Notes: generated by a model from the sequence alone, not told the origin. A stretch of DNA of 32,000 bases from Acinetobacter wanghuae (GCF_009557235.1 NZ_CP045650.1:1140001-1172000); one strand, 5' to 3'; positions 1 to 10,079 are shown, counted from the first letter of the stretch. A program made the numbers and translations.

Positions 1-751
1 TGCCACGATTGATGGGATCTCAGTGTATAAAGCACGTTTAAAAATGGGCGAAAAATTAGCGCAAAAAATCTTGCGCGAGTGGGGTGATGAGCACGATATT
101 GATGTTGTGATTCCGATTCCAGATACCTCACGTACTTCAGCACTTGAGCTTGCCAATATGCTTGGCGTGAAGTTCCGCGAAGGCTTTATGAAGAACCGTT
201 ACATCGGTCGTACCTTCATTATGCCGGGTCAACAATTACGTGAAAAATCAGTGCGTCAAAAGTTGAATCCCGTAGAGCTTGAGTTCCGTGGTAAAAACGT
301 TTTGCTCGTCGATGACTCCATCGTTCGTGGTACAACCTGTAACGAAATTATTCAAATGGCGCGTGACTCAGGTGCCAATAAAGTATTCTTCGCTTCTGCT
401 GCACCCATGGTGAAATATCCAAATGTGTATGGTATTGATATGCCAGCAAAATCTGAGCTTATTGCTTCAGAGCGTAGTGTTGAGGAAATTCGTGAAATTA
501 TTGGTGCTGATCGTTTAATTTTCCAAGATTTGGAAGATTTGAAAAATGCAGTGCGTACCAGTAAAGTACCGAAGCTACAAGAATTTGATTGCTCAGTCTT
601 TGATGGTGTCTACGTCGCAGGTGGCATCGATGAGAAATACCTCGATAATTTACAATCAAAACGTAATGACACAGCGAAAAAAGGTGTGACTTATATTGAT
701 GTAAATATCGATGCAGCATCGGTAGATTTAACCGGTGTTCGCGAAGAGTAA
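1..751 (+). CDS. purF: amidophosphoribosyltransferase, C-terminal part (5' end lies outside the window)
   Basis: The frame is open from the window edge (codons from nt 2: [13 protein letters not shown]...). It has the PRPP-binding loop [13 protein letters not shown] and a typical PurF C-terminus. Stop at 749-751. Confidence 0.85.
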   Translation, partial: ATIDGISVYKARLKMGEKLAQKILREWGDEHDIDVVIPIPDTSRTSALELANMLGVKFREGFMKNRYIGRTFIMPGQQLREKSVRQKLNPVELEFRGKNVLLVDDSIVRGTTCNEIIQMARDSGANKVFFASAAPMVKYPNVYGIDMPAKSELIASERSVEEIREIIGADRLIFQDLEDLKNAVRTSKVPKLQEFDCSVFDGVYVAGGIDEKYLDNLQSKRNDTAKKGVTYIDVNIDAASVDLTGVREE

Positions 752-770
752 GCCACTAAAATCATGATAA

Positions 771-795
771 AAAGCGGGAATTTCCCGCTTTTTTC
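771..795 (+). terminator. rho-independent terminator after purF
   Basis: aaagcgggaa/ttcccgcttt inverted repeat followed by a T-run (aaaagcgggaatttcccgcttttttc), 20 nt after the purF stop. Confidence 0.7.
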
Positions 796-839
796 ATTTA
801 TGATAAAGATATAAATACAATGTCACTTAGGGTTGTACA

Positions 840-2729
840 TTGCCAAGCGTAGGATCTGCTTTTACACAAAATAAAAATATACTCTGGCCAGCAAGCTTTT
901 GCTTTATTGCTGTGTTTTTGACCATCTTTATTATTAATACTGTTGTGGGCTTGATCGTTTATTATATTGATTCCACTCAATCTATTTTTTGGCACGTGCT
1001 GAGTCCTTATCTCGTGATCTTGGTCTTATCGATCATGCTGATTTCGGTGCTGTATGAATTTTATATGTTTCGTACAGGTGGGCATTCACTGGCAAAACAA
1101 ATGGGTGCGCGTCGCTTAAGTTTTGTTGAAAGTATTCCTGAAGAAAGTGCAGCACTTAAAATTACCCAACAGCTTGCAGACAACTTTTTGATTGAAACAC
1201 CTGCAATGTATGTTCTACCCGATGAGGTGGGTGTGAATGCCTTAACAGCAGGCTTTAGCCCTAATGATACGGTCATTATATTGACTTGGGGCGCATTACA
1301 AAATCTGGATGAGCTAGAGCTGTATGGATTGCTCTGTCATGAGTTTAATAAGATTTTATCCGGGGAAAGCGCTGAAAATACGCGGTTAAAAATTTTATAT
1401 AGTAGTCTGACCACCTTTAGTCAGTGGGGAAGTAAGATTGCCAAATCGGGTTTTTATCGCAATGGTACGCCACGTGAGAATAAGTTCGAAACGCTTTATG
1501 TCGCGATGGGTGCTGTTATTTGGCTGGTGGGTAGTTTAGGGGTTTTGATTAGCCGCTTTATTAAATTTATTTCATTAGGCGGGCGTACTTATAAAAATGA
1601 TCAGAAGACGCGACGCCTTATACAAAATGATGCCAATATTCAAACGCTGCTGAGAATTTATGTGCATGCATCAGGTTCGCAATTTTATAGTGAATATGCC
1701 GAATCGATTTCGCATATGTGTTTTGCCAATGCGTTAAGTCCGCAAAACTGGCTGAATATTCATCCGAGTATTGAGCAACGAATTTATGAATTAAATCCCT
1801 CTTTGATTCAAGATCTACAATTAGAAAACTTAAAAAAACTCAAGAACCAACCATTATTCAGTTTGTTTAGATCGCTTGAGGATGTATCGAATGAAACATG
1901 CCTGATGTGGAGTTCGCCACAACCGTTGCCTTTACTACGCTTATCACCGATTAGTTTTGCCATCAAAGATGCGGTCAAGCCGTTGAATCCAGAGATCCGT
2001 GCCAATATGGCTCGCCCTGAACTGATTGAACGTGCTCTACAAACAGCAACGGGTTCACGCGAAGTTATGGTTGCGATTTTAATGATTCGTCAATATCGAG
2101 AATTTATTCCCACAGAAGCAGAAGTCAGTCGTGCCATAGTGGATTCATTATTAAATTTAGATGGACGCGTCCATATCTCTATTTTCCGTCAAGCCTGTAA
2201 AAATGTCGGTGGTATGCCGCATACTGTAGCACGGCAATTTCTTATGAAAATGGCGCGGATTATTCAGGAAGATGGTGAAATTGGGTTGCTTGACGCCTTG
2301 TTACTTGAATGCGTCAAATATGAACTGAATCTATTACCAATCCATACGCCCACCGCATTAGAAGAGGTGAAGCCGCAAATCGTTCGTTTGATTGATGCAT
2401 TGCTGCATGTACAACAAATTAACAGTGATAATCAGCTTGAAGTTCGTGAGCGTATTTTAAAACGCATTGTCACGCAAAAAGAATTGGATATGTACACTGA
2501 AATTTCAGATGAGCCAATTGATTTAGCAGAAATTTTAAATGATATTGCGGGTTTGTTATTGCGTGATCGTTTGATCATTTTAAGTGTGGCTGAAATTTGC
2601 TTGTGGAGTGATCGTATTATTACCCAAGATGAACTCGACGTAATGGAACTCCTGTACTGGCGGCTCGGCTTCCAGTCAGATGACATCTTAGATCAAATGC
2701 ACAAGAAGAATAGTTTGGTCATTGTTTAA
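840..2729 (+). CDS. membrane protein with a degenerate M48 (HtpX-like) peptidase-like domain plus a ~400-aa uncharacterised C-terminal region
   Basis: 629-aa ORF with a TTG start at 840 and AGGG 7 nt upstream. Two N-terminal hydrophobic helices are followed by GGHSLAKQMGARRL, VNALTAGF and CHEFNKILSGE, laid out as in M48 peptidases. The zinc motif position reads HEFNK (nt 1338-1352), not HExxH. Confidence 0.6.
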   Translation: MPSVGSAFTQNKNILWPASFCFIAVFLTIFIINTVVGLIVYYIDSTQSIFWHVLSPYLVILVLSIMLISVLYEFYMFRTGGHSLAKQMGARRLSFVESIPEESAALKITQQLADNFLIETPAMYVLPDEVGVNALTAGFSPNDTVIILTWGALQNLDELELYGLLCHEFNKILSGESAENTRLKILYSSLTTFSQWGSKIAKSGFYRNGTPRENKFETLYVAMGAVIWLVGSLGVLISRFIKFISLGGRTYKNDQKTRRLIQNDANIQTLLRIYVHASGSQFYSEYAESISHMCFANALSPQNWLNIHPSIEQRIYELNPSLIQDLQLENLKKLKNQPLFSLFRSLEDVSNETCLMWSSPQPLPLLRLSPISFAIKDAVKPLNPEIRANMARPELIERALQTATGSREVMVAILMIRQYREFIPTEAEVSRAIVDSLLNLDGRVHISIFRQACKNVGGMPHTVARQFLMKMARIIQEDGEIGLLDALLLECVKYELNLLPIHTPTALEEVKPQIVRLIDALLHVQQINSDNQLEVRERILKRIVTQKELDMYTEISDEPIDLAEILNDIAGLLLRDRLIILSVAEICLWSDRIITQDELDVMELLYWRLGFQSDDILDQMHKKNSLVIV

Positions 2730-2928
2730 TTGAAGTTTGCTTTTAAATTGTGGTTTTGATGAGCGTTGCTAAAAAAAACAGGATTGAGTATAAAAAAAAC
2801 GATTGAATAAATGTCGAAAGTTAGATATTCCAATAATGGTGAATCGGCAAACAAATGTAATAAAAACTACGGCAATTAAAACCTAAACTCGTTAAAATGT
2901 TGAGCTTAGATAAGGTGATGATGAAAAG

Positions 2929-3585
2929 ATGATAGGGCATCAGCGTGACATATTGGCAACATTGGGAATTGATCTTTGGATTCCTCGGGGCGAAGTGTGT
3001 CAGCTACATCAGAACCAGCTATGGCGTGACCAAGCAGCACCAGAGTTAGCAACCGATATTCTGCGCCCAACCCGACCGTTGCAAGGTGTAGCGCCTGTTA
3101 TTGCACCGATTGAACCTCCTGTACAGCAATCAATAGATAGCATTGTTGAGAACAAGCCAGTCGAAGCTGTTGAGCGGGCAACGCCTATGCCTGAACAAGC
3201 GCGCGAGCATGTGCAGGTTGAAGCCTTTAGTTTGCAAATGCTCAGTCTGAATCATTGCAATATTTTAATTGATGCCACACAACTGAACGAAGCCGAGCAA
3301 CAGCTATGGATGAATATTCAACGTGCGGTATTGTGTGAGTTTTCAGAATTAAACTGGCCATTTCCGTGGGTGAATGCACAAGATGGACGTGGTGTTGGCA
3401 CCTATATTCAAGGCTTTATTGATGGGCAAGGTGTGGATAAGAATATCTTAACTTTGGGGTGCGTGGCTCACTTGACTCATCCTAAAATTATTCAGCTCGC
3501 CTCTTTACAAGAGATGCTAGATCAACCGATACTCAAAAAACGATTATGGCAATTTATGCAACCTCGGACGGTTGCTGTGGAATAA
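2929..3585 (+). CDS. hypothetical protein (weak N-terminal resemblance to DNA polymerase III psi subunit HolD)
   Basis: 218-aa ORF. The N-terminus QRDILATLGIDLWIPR resembles E. coli HolD RRDWQLQQLGITQWSLRR. A later LWMNIQRA recalls the HolD LWQQI segment. This is from memory only, with no alignment. Confidence 0.55.
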   Translation: MIGHQRDILATLGIDLWIPRGEVCQLHQNQLWRDQAAPELATDILRPTRPLQGVAPVIAPIEPPVQQSIDSIVENKPVEAVERATPMPEQAREHVQVEAFSLQMLSLNHCNILIDATQLNEAEQQLWMNIQRAVLCEFSELNWPFPWVNAQDGRGVGTYIQGFIDGQGVDKNILTLGCVAHLTHPKIIQLASLQEMLDQPILKKRLWQFMQPRTVAVE

Positions 3586-3591
3586 AAACGC

Positions 3592-4560
3592 ATGATGCAA
3601 AAAGTAGTGGTCTTTAGTCAAATAGATGCAGACATCCAACAAAAACTCGAACAACATTATAAAGTCGTCAATATTCATCCCAAACTTGGCGATGTGAATC
3701 AACAACTCCTTGAACATGTTAAAGATGCAGATGCACTTATTGGTGCAGGGCGTCGTTTAAATGAACAAAATTTATCGACCGCCACGAAATTGAAGGTCAT
3801 TTCAAGTGTTAGCGTAGGTTATGATAATTATGATTTGAATTATCTGAATCAGCGACATATTCATCTTGCGCATACACCGCATGTCTTGACTGAAACCACC
3901 GCAGATTTAGCTTTTACTTTGTTAATGTCAGCGGCACGTCAGGTCGGTTATTTGGATCGGTGGACAAAACAAGGACAGTGGCAAAGAACAGTGTCCGATG
4001 CACAATTTGGCATGGATATTTTTGCTAAAACATTAGGCATTATTGGTCTAGGTCATATTGGTGCTGCAATTGCACGTCGTGGTTTTCATGGTTTTAATAT
4101 GGACATTCTTTATCATAACCGTCGTGAAAAACCGGAACTTGCCCAAGCCTTTAATGCTGAATACTGTGAATTAAATGATTTATTACGTCGCTCAGATTTT
4201 GTTGTCATAGCGGTGGATTTAAATGAAGATTCAAAACATCTGATCGGTGCATTAGAGCTTGCTCAAATGCAACCACATGCAGTTTTAGTCAATATTGCAC
4301 GTGGCTCAGTCATTGATGAGCAAGCATTGATTAATGCCTTAAAAAATCGTCAAATTTTTGCAGCAGGTTTAGACGTTTATCAAAAAGAACCATTAACAGC
4401 ATCAGAATTGTTCGAGTTGGAGAATGTCATTGCTTTGCCCCATGTAGGGTCTGCAACCGCAGCAACGCGTAAGAAAATGGCGTATCTTGCTTATCAAAAT
4501 TTACGTGATGCACTAGAGGGACTTGTGTCACCATATTTGGTGAATCCTGATTTTAAATAA
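3592..4560 (+). CDS. D-isomer-specific 2-hydroxyacid dehydrogenase (glyoxylate/hydroxypyruvate reductase B-like)
   Basis: NAD-binding loop GIIGLGHIGAAIARR. Catalytic-region motifs NIARGSVIDE and LPHVGSAT. 322 aa, typical for the family. Confidence 0.85.
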   Translation: MMQKVVVFSQIDADIQQKLEQHYKVVNIHPKLGDVNQQLLEHVKDADALIGAGRRLNEQNLSTATKLKVISSVSVGYDNYDLNYLNQRHIHLAHTPHVLTETTADLAFTLLMSAARQVGYLDRWTKQGQWQRTVSDAQFGMDIFAKTLGIIGLGHIGAAIARRGFHGFNMDILYHNRREKPELAQAFNAEYCELNDLLRRSDFVVIAVDLNEDSKHLIGALELAQMQPHAVLVNIARGSVIDEQALINALKNRQIFAAGLDVYQKEPLTASELFELENVIALPHVGSATAATRKKMAYLAYQNLRDALEGLVSPYLVNPDFK

Positions 4561-4599
4561 TATTAATTAACATATCCTTGCGTTTCTGCTCATTTTTCG

Positions 4600-6087
4600 A
4601 TGTTATATTCACATGATCAAGCAGATGGGTATTCGAGATTTTCATTGAAACGACTGGTTTTGGCATGTAGCTTAAGTTTTTGTATGGCCACTGGTCATAG
4701 CGAAATAGATGGATTTAATCAGAGTGCGGCACAATTTAACGTGCCTGAAATTGGTTCTGGCATTGGTTTAATTGATCAGCAAAAAGAAAAAATGATTGGT
4801 GAGAAGGTGTACCGAGAAGTACAAGCCAAAATGCCGACCATTCAAAATCCTTGGTTAGAAGATCAACTCTTTTCTGTGTTCTCACATATTTTAAGTCAAA
4901 CCCAATTACAGCAACCTATTGGTTTGGTGGTCATTAATGATCCACAAATTAATGCTTTTGCGGTTCCAGGTGGATTATTTGCCCTTAATTTAGGCTTGCT
5001 CAATTCAGCGCGTAATATGGATGAAGTGGCAGGGGTCATGTCACATGAAATTGCACATGTCACACAACGTCATTACAGTCGCTCTCAAGAAGCCTTTAAG
5101 GGGCAGGGTTTGCTGGCTTTAGCCGGTATTTTGGTGGGGGCTTTGGTGGCATCTCAAGCCGATGGTGATGCAGGTGCAGCTGTGATGCTGGGCTCACAAG
5201 CAGCTTTACTTGATAAACAACTGACCTATAGCCGCAATCAAGAACGTGAAGCAGATCGGATCGGAATGCAATATATGTATGCCTCGGGATATAACCCGCA
5301 AAGTATGGCGGATTTTTTTGAGGTAATGCATCGCGCAACAAGTCGTTTAAGTTTTATGCCCGACTTTTGGTATACCCATCCGTTGACCAGTGAGCGTATG
5401 AGTGAGGCGCGTCTTCGTGCCAATCAACTGCCTGTGGTCAAGCCTAAATTGTTCAATCAAGATTTTGATATCATTAAATGGTATAGCCGTGTCTTGTCAG
5501 GGCAAACCACGGAACAGGAACTGCTGTCAGTTGCACAGCAAAATAATTTTGCAGCTCAAGTCGGTTTAGCCGCTTATTATACAGATAAGCATGATTATAA
5601 AGCAGCACAGGCAGCGCTTGACCAAGCCAAACGTAGCAATAGCTTGCATCCATTGCTTGTCATTTTGCAAACAGACGTGTACTTGGGGCAGAATCAAACA
5701 GATTTAGCATTAAAAAGTGTTCAATCTGCTGCAGCAACGATGCCTGAACATCGTGCGTTAAATTATAAATATGCTGAAAGCTTGATTCGAGCAAAACAAT
5801 TAGACCGCGCAAAAGCCATTATTCAGCGTTTTTTACGTAGCAATCATCGTGATTTAAGCGGTTGGAATTTAATGCTCCAGCTGACCAATGCAGAACCGGC
5901 ATCAGCGACCAAGACCATCAATGTATTGCGTCACCGAGCGGAAGTTGAATATTGGTCAGGAAGTGACGAAGCGGCAATTAAAACATTACTCCACGCACAA
6001 AGAATCAGTCAGTCTAATTCGTCTTTATCTGTAACGATTAAGGCGCGTTTAAAACAGATGCAACAAGAACGACAATATAAAATTTAA
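4600..6087 (+). CDS. bepA: periplasmic M48 zinc metalloprotease with C-terminal TPR-like region (BepA/YfgC-like)
   Basis: Signal-like N-terminus, intact HEIAHVTQRH (HExxH), a downstream EREADRIG motif, and a ~200-aa helical-repeat tail, as in BepA. Confidence 0.75.
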   Translation: MLYSHDQADGYSRFSLKRLVLACSLSFCMATGHSEIDGFNQSAAQFNVPEIGSGIGLIDQQKEKMIGEKVYREVQAKMPTIQNPWLEDQLFSVFSHILSQTQLQQPIGLVVINDPQINAFAVPGGLFALNLGLLNSARNMDEVAGVMSHEIAHVTQRHYSRSQEAFKGQGLLALAGILVGALVASQADGDAGAAVMLGSQAALLDKQLTYSRNQEREADRIGMQYMYASGYNPQSMADFFEVMHRATSRLSFMPDFWYTHPLTSERMSEARLRANQLPVVKPKLFNQDFDIIKWYSRVLSGQTTEQELLSVAQQNNFAAQVGLAAYYTDKHDYKAAQAALDQAKRSNSLHPLLVILQTDVYLGQNQTDLALKSVQSAAATMPEHRALNYKYAESLIRAKQLDRAKAIIQRFLRSNHRDLSGWNLMLQLTNAEPASATKTINVLRHRAEVEYWSGSDEAAIKTLLHAQRISQSNSSLSVTIKARLKQMQQERQYKI

Positions 6088-6282
6088 GATGGTTTTTTGA
6101 AGACAGAAAAAGATGTTTAGATGAGTGTTAAAGTGCTTTTAAGTTTTTTATGATTTATAGATAACAGTCGTTGAATGACGAAATGAGTGACGAGAAAAAT
6201 TTAAATATGTGAATAAAATAGGCTGCTAAGAACTGACTTATTTAAGACAGTTCAACGCAAAATAGAGATTTAGAGTGGGGTA

Positions 6283-6729
6283 TTAAGCAAGTTTTGCTTT
6301 AATTTTGGCAGATACTTCAGAAGGATCGGCGCGCCCGGCTATGAGCGGACGCAGAGAATTCATCACCTTACCCATATCTTTCATGCTAGTAGCTTCTTGC
6401 GCTGCAATCGTTTGCGCAATGATGGAATCAAGTTCTTCCTCAGTCATAGCTTCTGGTAGAAATTGAGATAAAACCTCAAGTTCGGCTTGTTCCTTACTAG
6501 CTAAATCTTCTCGACCAGCGCCCAAAAACGCCTTAATCGATTCTTTACGTTGTTTAATTTGCTTTTCAATGACCGCAAGAACTTGAGCGTCGTCAAGTTC
6601 TTTGCGCTCATCGACTTCGATTTGCTTAATTGCTGCCTGAAGACCACGAATTACCGTTAACGTCGACATTTCTTTGGCACGCATTGTTGCTTTCAAAACA
6701 TCTGTTATCTGGTTCTTTAAAGTCGTCAT
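6283..6729 (-). CDS. GatB/YqeY domain-containing protein
   Basis: 148 aa. The start MTTLKNQITDVLKATMRAKE...TVIRGLQAAIKQIEVDE is typical of the YqeY family. It lies directly downstream of rpsU on the same strand. Confidence 0.85.
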   Translation of the reverse strand: MTTLKNQITDVLKATMRAKEMSTLTVIRGLQAAIKQIEVDERKELDDAQVLAVIEKQIKQRKESIKAFLGAGREDLASKEQAELEVLSQFLPEAMTEEELDSIIAQTIAAQEATSMKDMGKVMNSLRPLIAGRADPSEVSAKIKAKLA

Positions 6730-6762
6730 TATTTATTCCAGGCAGTCAATCACAAATTAATC

Positions 6763-6978
6763 TTAGTAAAGGCGAGTTGTACGTACTGATTCACGCGCCA
6801 ATTTCTTTTGGTAGCGTTTAACAGCAGCAGCTTTTTTACGTTTACGTTCTTGAGTAGGTTTTTCGTAGAATTCACGTTTACGTACGTCAGCTAGAACACC
6901 AGCTTTTTCGCATGAACGTTTGAAACGACGGATAGCTACGTCTACTGGTTCGCCTTCTTTCAATTTAACTTGTGGCAT
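6763..6978 (-). CDS. rpsU: 30S ribosomal protein S21
   Basis: 71 aa, [29 protein letters not shown]...RLY, the canonical S21 sequence. Confidence 0.95.
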
Positions 6979-7124
6979 GAAGAATCCTCATTAAGTTATG
7001 GATAAGATCATAAGCGGAATGCCTACGATCACAAGTGAAGGTCAGTATTTTACTCATTTACATCTCATACCACAAGCATATAATGGTGCTTGCAATAGAT
7101 TTGATACAGGTTATAGGCAGTTTA

Positions 7125-8141
7125 ATGATCGTTTTAGGCTTAGAAACATCGTGTGATGAAACAGGGCTTGCGCTTTATGATAGCGAGTTGGGTTTGCGCG
7201 GACAGGTGCTTTATAGTCAAATTAAACTGCACGCTGAGTATGGTGGTGTAGTTCCTGAATTGGCTTCTCGTGATCATGTGCGCAAGTTAATTCCTTTAAT
7301 TAATCAGTTGCTTGATGAGACAAAGATCAAGAAATCTGAGATTGATGCCATTGCTTATACTCGTGGTCCAGGTTTAATGGGTGCCCTGATGACGGGTGCA
7401 TTATTTGGGCGAACCTTGGCATTCGCATTAAATAAACCTGCCATCGGCGTGCATCATATGGAAGGTCATATGTTGGCGCCTCTTTTGTCTAAAACTCCAC
7501 CGGAATTTCCTTTTGTGGCGTTATTGGTATCAGGCGGACACTCACAATTGATGGCAGCCTATGGCATTGGGCAATATGAATTGCTTGGTGAGTCGATTGA
7601 TGATGCAGCAGGTGAAGCCTTCGATAAGGTTGCGAAAATGATGGGCTTGCCTTATCCGGGTGGTCCAAATATTTCACGTCTTGCCGAAAATGGTGATCCA
7701 AATGCATTTGCATTTCCACGTCCAATGTTGCACCAAGGTTTGCAATTCTCATTTAGTGGCTTGAAAACTGCAGTTTCTGTACAAATGAAGAAACTAGCGG
7801 ATGAAAATCGCGATGCTGATATTGCTGCGAGTTTCCAAGAAGCCATTGTTGATACATTGGTAAAAAAATCAGTGAAAGCTCTGAAGCAAACAGGCTTAAA
7901 GCGTTTGGTGATTGCCGGTGGTGTGAGTGCCAATAAACGTTTACGTGAACGCTTAGAAGCAGATTTGGCGAAGATTAAATCTCAGGTGTATTATGCGGAA
8001 CCTGCGCTTTGTACCGACAATGGTGCCATGATCGCTTTTGCAGGCTATCAACGTTTGAAAGCAGGGCAACATGATGGTTTGGCGGTGACCACAACACCTC
8101 GTTGGCCGATGACTGAGTTGACCAACCCAACTGAAGTTTAA
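7125..8141 (+). CDS. tsaD: tRNA N6-adenosine threonylcarbamoyltransferase
   Basis: [14 protein letters not shown]..., HHMEGH and GGVSAN motifs. I chose the ATG at 7125 because TsaD proteins start immediately before LGxETSCDET. The track start at 7035 adds 30 non-conserved residues. Confidence 0.9.
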   Translation: MIVLGLETSCDETGLALYDSELGLRGQVLYSQIKLHAEYGGVVPELASRDHVRKLIPLINQLLDETKIKKSEIDAIAYTRGPGLMGALMTGALFGRTLAFALNKPAIGVHHMEGHMLAPLLSKTPPEFPFVALLVSGGHSQLMAAYGIGQYELLGESIDDAAGEAFDKVAKMMGLPYPGGPNISRLAENGDPNAFAFPRPMLHQGLQFSFSGLKTAVSVQMKKLADENRDADIAASFQEAIVDTLVKKSVKALKQTGLKRLVIAGGVSANKRLRERLEADLAKIKSQVYYAEPALCTDNGAMIAFAGYQRLKAGQHDGLAVTTTPRWPMTELTNPTEV

Positions 8142-8155
8142 GATTTAAAGCGAAT

Positions 8156-8183
8156 AAAAAAGAGGCGTTAAGCCTCTTTTTTT
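8156..8183. terminator. bidirectional rho-independent terminator between tsaD and the convergent DUF4385-like gene
   Basis: aaaaaagaggc-gttaa-gcctcttttttt: a GC-containing stem flanked by an A-run and a T-run, so it is usable on both strands. Confidence 0.75.
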
Positions 8184-8202
8184 ATTTCAATTCAGCGTGG
8201 TT

Positions 8203-8811
8203 TTAAGCTTCGCGAATCATTTCATTGAATTTTTCTTTCAATTCAACATATTTCTCATTGGCTTTAGCTTGAGCACTTTTTTCTTTAAAGATTTTTGAAA
8301 CTGCAATTTTGCTCAATTCTTCAGGGGTACGTTGTGGTTTTTCTGCTGTATCTACAACCACTTTAATTTTAGGGGTTGCGCCTTTATTTTTGCGACCTGT
8401 TTTGAGTGAACCTTTTTTATGGTGCGCATAACGACGTGAGCGGGTATAGCCCATCAATAAGAATTTGCGTGCCATATCTGCACCGACAAAATCACCTTTC
8501 TCCAAGTAATCTAAAAATAGCGCAAAAATTTTATCGCTACTTTCAGTGGCTGTTGCTTCATCATCAATTTTCCAAAGCGGTAAAATTTCAGATTTATAAG
8601 GTTCAACCAATAATACGCCTTCTTCACCACGACCAACGCGATATAGTTTTGGGCGCTTTCTAAAATTAATGTTTTCAAAATCAAGTGAAAAGTCAAAGCT
8701 ACGTGAAAAACCTTCAGGATTTACTTTCGCTGGTGCTTGAGCCGCAACTAAAGTTTGCTCAGCGGCTATATCTTCTTGTTCAGATATCACGAGTTCTTGT
8801 TCATTGTTCAT
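8203..8811 (-). CDS. conserved hypothetical protein (DUF4385-like)
   Basis: 202-aa ORF. The core YRVGRGEEGVLLVEPYKSEILPLW...DFVGADMARKFLLMGYTRSRRYAHHKKG matches my recollection of DUF4385. No search was run. Confidence 0.55.
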   Translation of the reverse strand: MNNEQELVISEQEDIAAEQTLVAAQAPAKVNPEGFSRSFDFSLDFENINFRKRPKLYRVGRGEEGVLLVEPYKSEILPLWKIDDEATATESSDKIFALFLDYLEKGDFVGADMARKFLLMGYTRSRRYAHHKKGSLKTGRKNKGATPKIKVVVDTAEKPQRTPEELSKIAVSKIFKEKSAQAKANEKYVELKEKFNEMIREA

Positions 8812-9098
8812 CTTTGGGAGTCCTTAAAGGCGGTAAATTTTTCAAATAATGGCAAATTATACGTGATTGCGCAGCGTTTGAAGCATTTTGTCTGACTTTA
8901 ATATGACAAAGTCGAAAAGTTGTTGTTATAAAAAGAGCTTAGTATATTTTTAAGAACCTTTGTTTCAGCTTTGGATCTATGTGAATCGTATGTCTAAAAG
9001 TACAACTTGATCTTATGTTCTAAAGACAAAGTGCAATAGGATTCGCACATGATTTTTGCTGAGGATGCATTTCGTCCTCAGTAAGACATTGATTCTAT

Positions 9099-9129
9099 AA
9101 AAGCACCACAGCATGACTGAGGTGCTTTT
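9099..9129 (-). terminator. probable terminator of the DUF815-type ATPase gene
   Basis: aaaagcacc-13 nt-ggtgctttt hairpin about 70 nt downstream of the stop at 9198. The minus-strand RNA ends ...ggtgcttttat. Confidence 0.5.
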
Positions 9130-9197
9130 CTGTAAAGGTTTACTGATATTTACTATATTCAAAGTTCTGAAGCTTCAAAAATAAAGCAATATGGGCG

Positions 9198-10079
9198 CTA
9201 TTTTTGTTTGATTAACTGCAATGAACTTGAACCAATCCAATGTTTAGAAAACTGATAGGCAGCACGACCTGAACGTTGTCCACGACTTTGACACCAACGT
9301 AATGCTTCTGCACGCGTCTCTGCATCAAGTGCAAGATTCGCTTGCTTTAAATAATGTTCGACAATCTCTAAATATAAATTTTGATCCATTGGATAAAAAG
9401 ACAGCCAAAGTCCAAAGCGATCCGAAAGCGAGATTTTCTCTTCAATCGCTTCTTGTGGATGTAATTCAGTGTATTGCGGAACATCCACTTTAGTGACGGG
9501 GGTATTTTCATGCATAAATTCAGGCAATAAATGACGACGGTTACTGGTCGCATAAATCACAAAATTACTTGAACCGGATTGTAATGAACCATCCAATACG
9601 CTTTTTAAACTCCGATAATTTTCATCTTCAGCATTGAAAGCAAGATCATCACAATAAACAATGAATTTTTCAGGGCGATCTTGAATAAGTTGTTGGATTT
9701 GAGGTAATTCAGACAAATCGTCTCGCTCAATTTCAATCAAGCGTAAACCTTGTTCGGCATAATCATTTAATAGCGCACGTACAATCGATGACTTGCCTGT
9801 ACCGCGTGAGCCGGTGAGCAAAACGTCATTGGCAGGTAAGCCATGCAAAAATTGTAGGGTATTTTGAATCACTTTTTCTTTTTGACGTTCAATGCCTTTG
9901 AGGTCGTCGAGCTGAATCGCTTTAAGCTGATGAATGGGATGCAGTTCGCCATGTTGCCATTTATACGCATAAGCGCTGAAATCTGTTGGTTTCTTTATGG
10001 GTGCAAGGCTTTGTTGTAATTGCAACAATACTGTTGCAAGTGAATTGATAATATTTTCAGGTAAATCAATCGTTGCCAT
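9198..10079 (-). CDS. P-loop ATPase, DUF815 / AAA-like family
   Basis: Walker A GSRGTGKSS and Walker B-like FIVYCDDLAF. The 293-aa length and layout fit the DUF815 family. Confidence 0.75.
   Translation of the reverse strand: MATIDLPENIINSLATVLLQLQQSLAPIKKPTDFSAYAYKWQHGELHPIHQLKAIQLDDLKGIERQKEKVIQNTLQFLHGLPANDVLLTGSRGTGKSSIVRALLNDYAEQGLRLIEIERDDLSELPQIQQLIQDRPEKFIVYCDDLAFNAEDENYRSLKSVLDGSLQSGSSNFVIYATSNRRHLLPEFMHENTPVTKVDVPQYTELHPQEAIEEKISLSDRFGLWLSFYPMDQNLYLEIVEHYLKQANLALDAETRAEALRWCQSRGQRSGRAAYQFSKHWIGSSSLQLIKQK

Noticed and set aside
2761-2815. Two similar A-rich segments (aaaaaaaacaggattgagta / aaaaaaaacgattgaataa) between the M48-like gene and the HolD-like ORF.
   Set aside because: This is a short, imperfect, low-complexity repeat, indistinguishable from chance in A+T-rich intergenic DNA.
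7035-7124. N-terminal extensions offered by the ORF track for tsaD, and similarly gloB 18399-18446, PhzF-like 19159-19236, DUF962-like 27064-27204, patatin 10229-10273 and hemL 29937-29948.
   Set aside because: In each case the conserved family N-terminus begins at an internal ATG, usually with a better Shine-Dalgarno sequence. The extension is non-conserved, often hydrophobic or low-complexity, and lies in promoter-like A+T-rich DNA.
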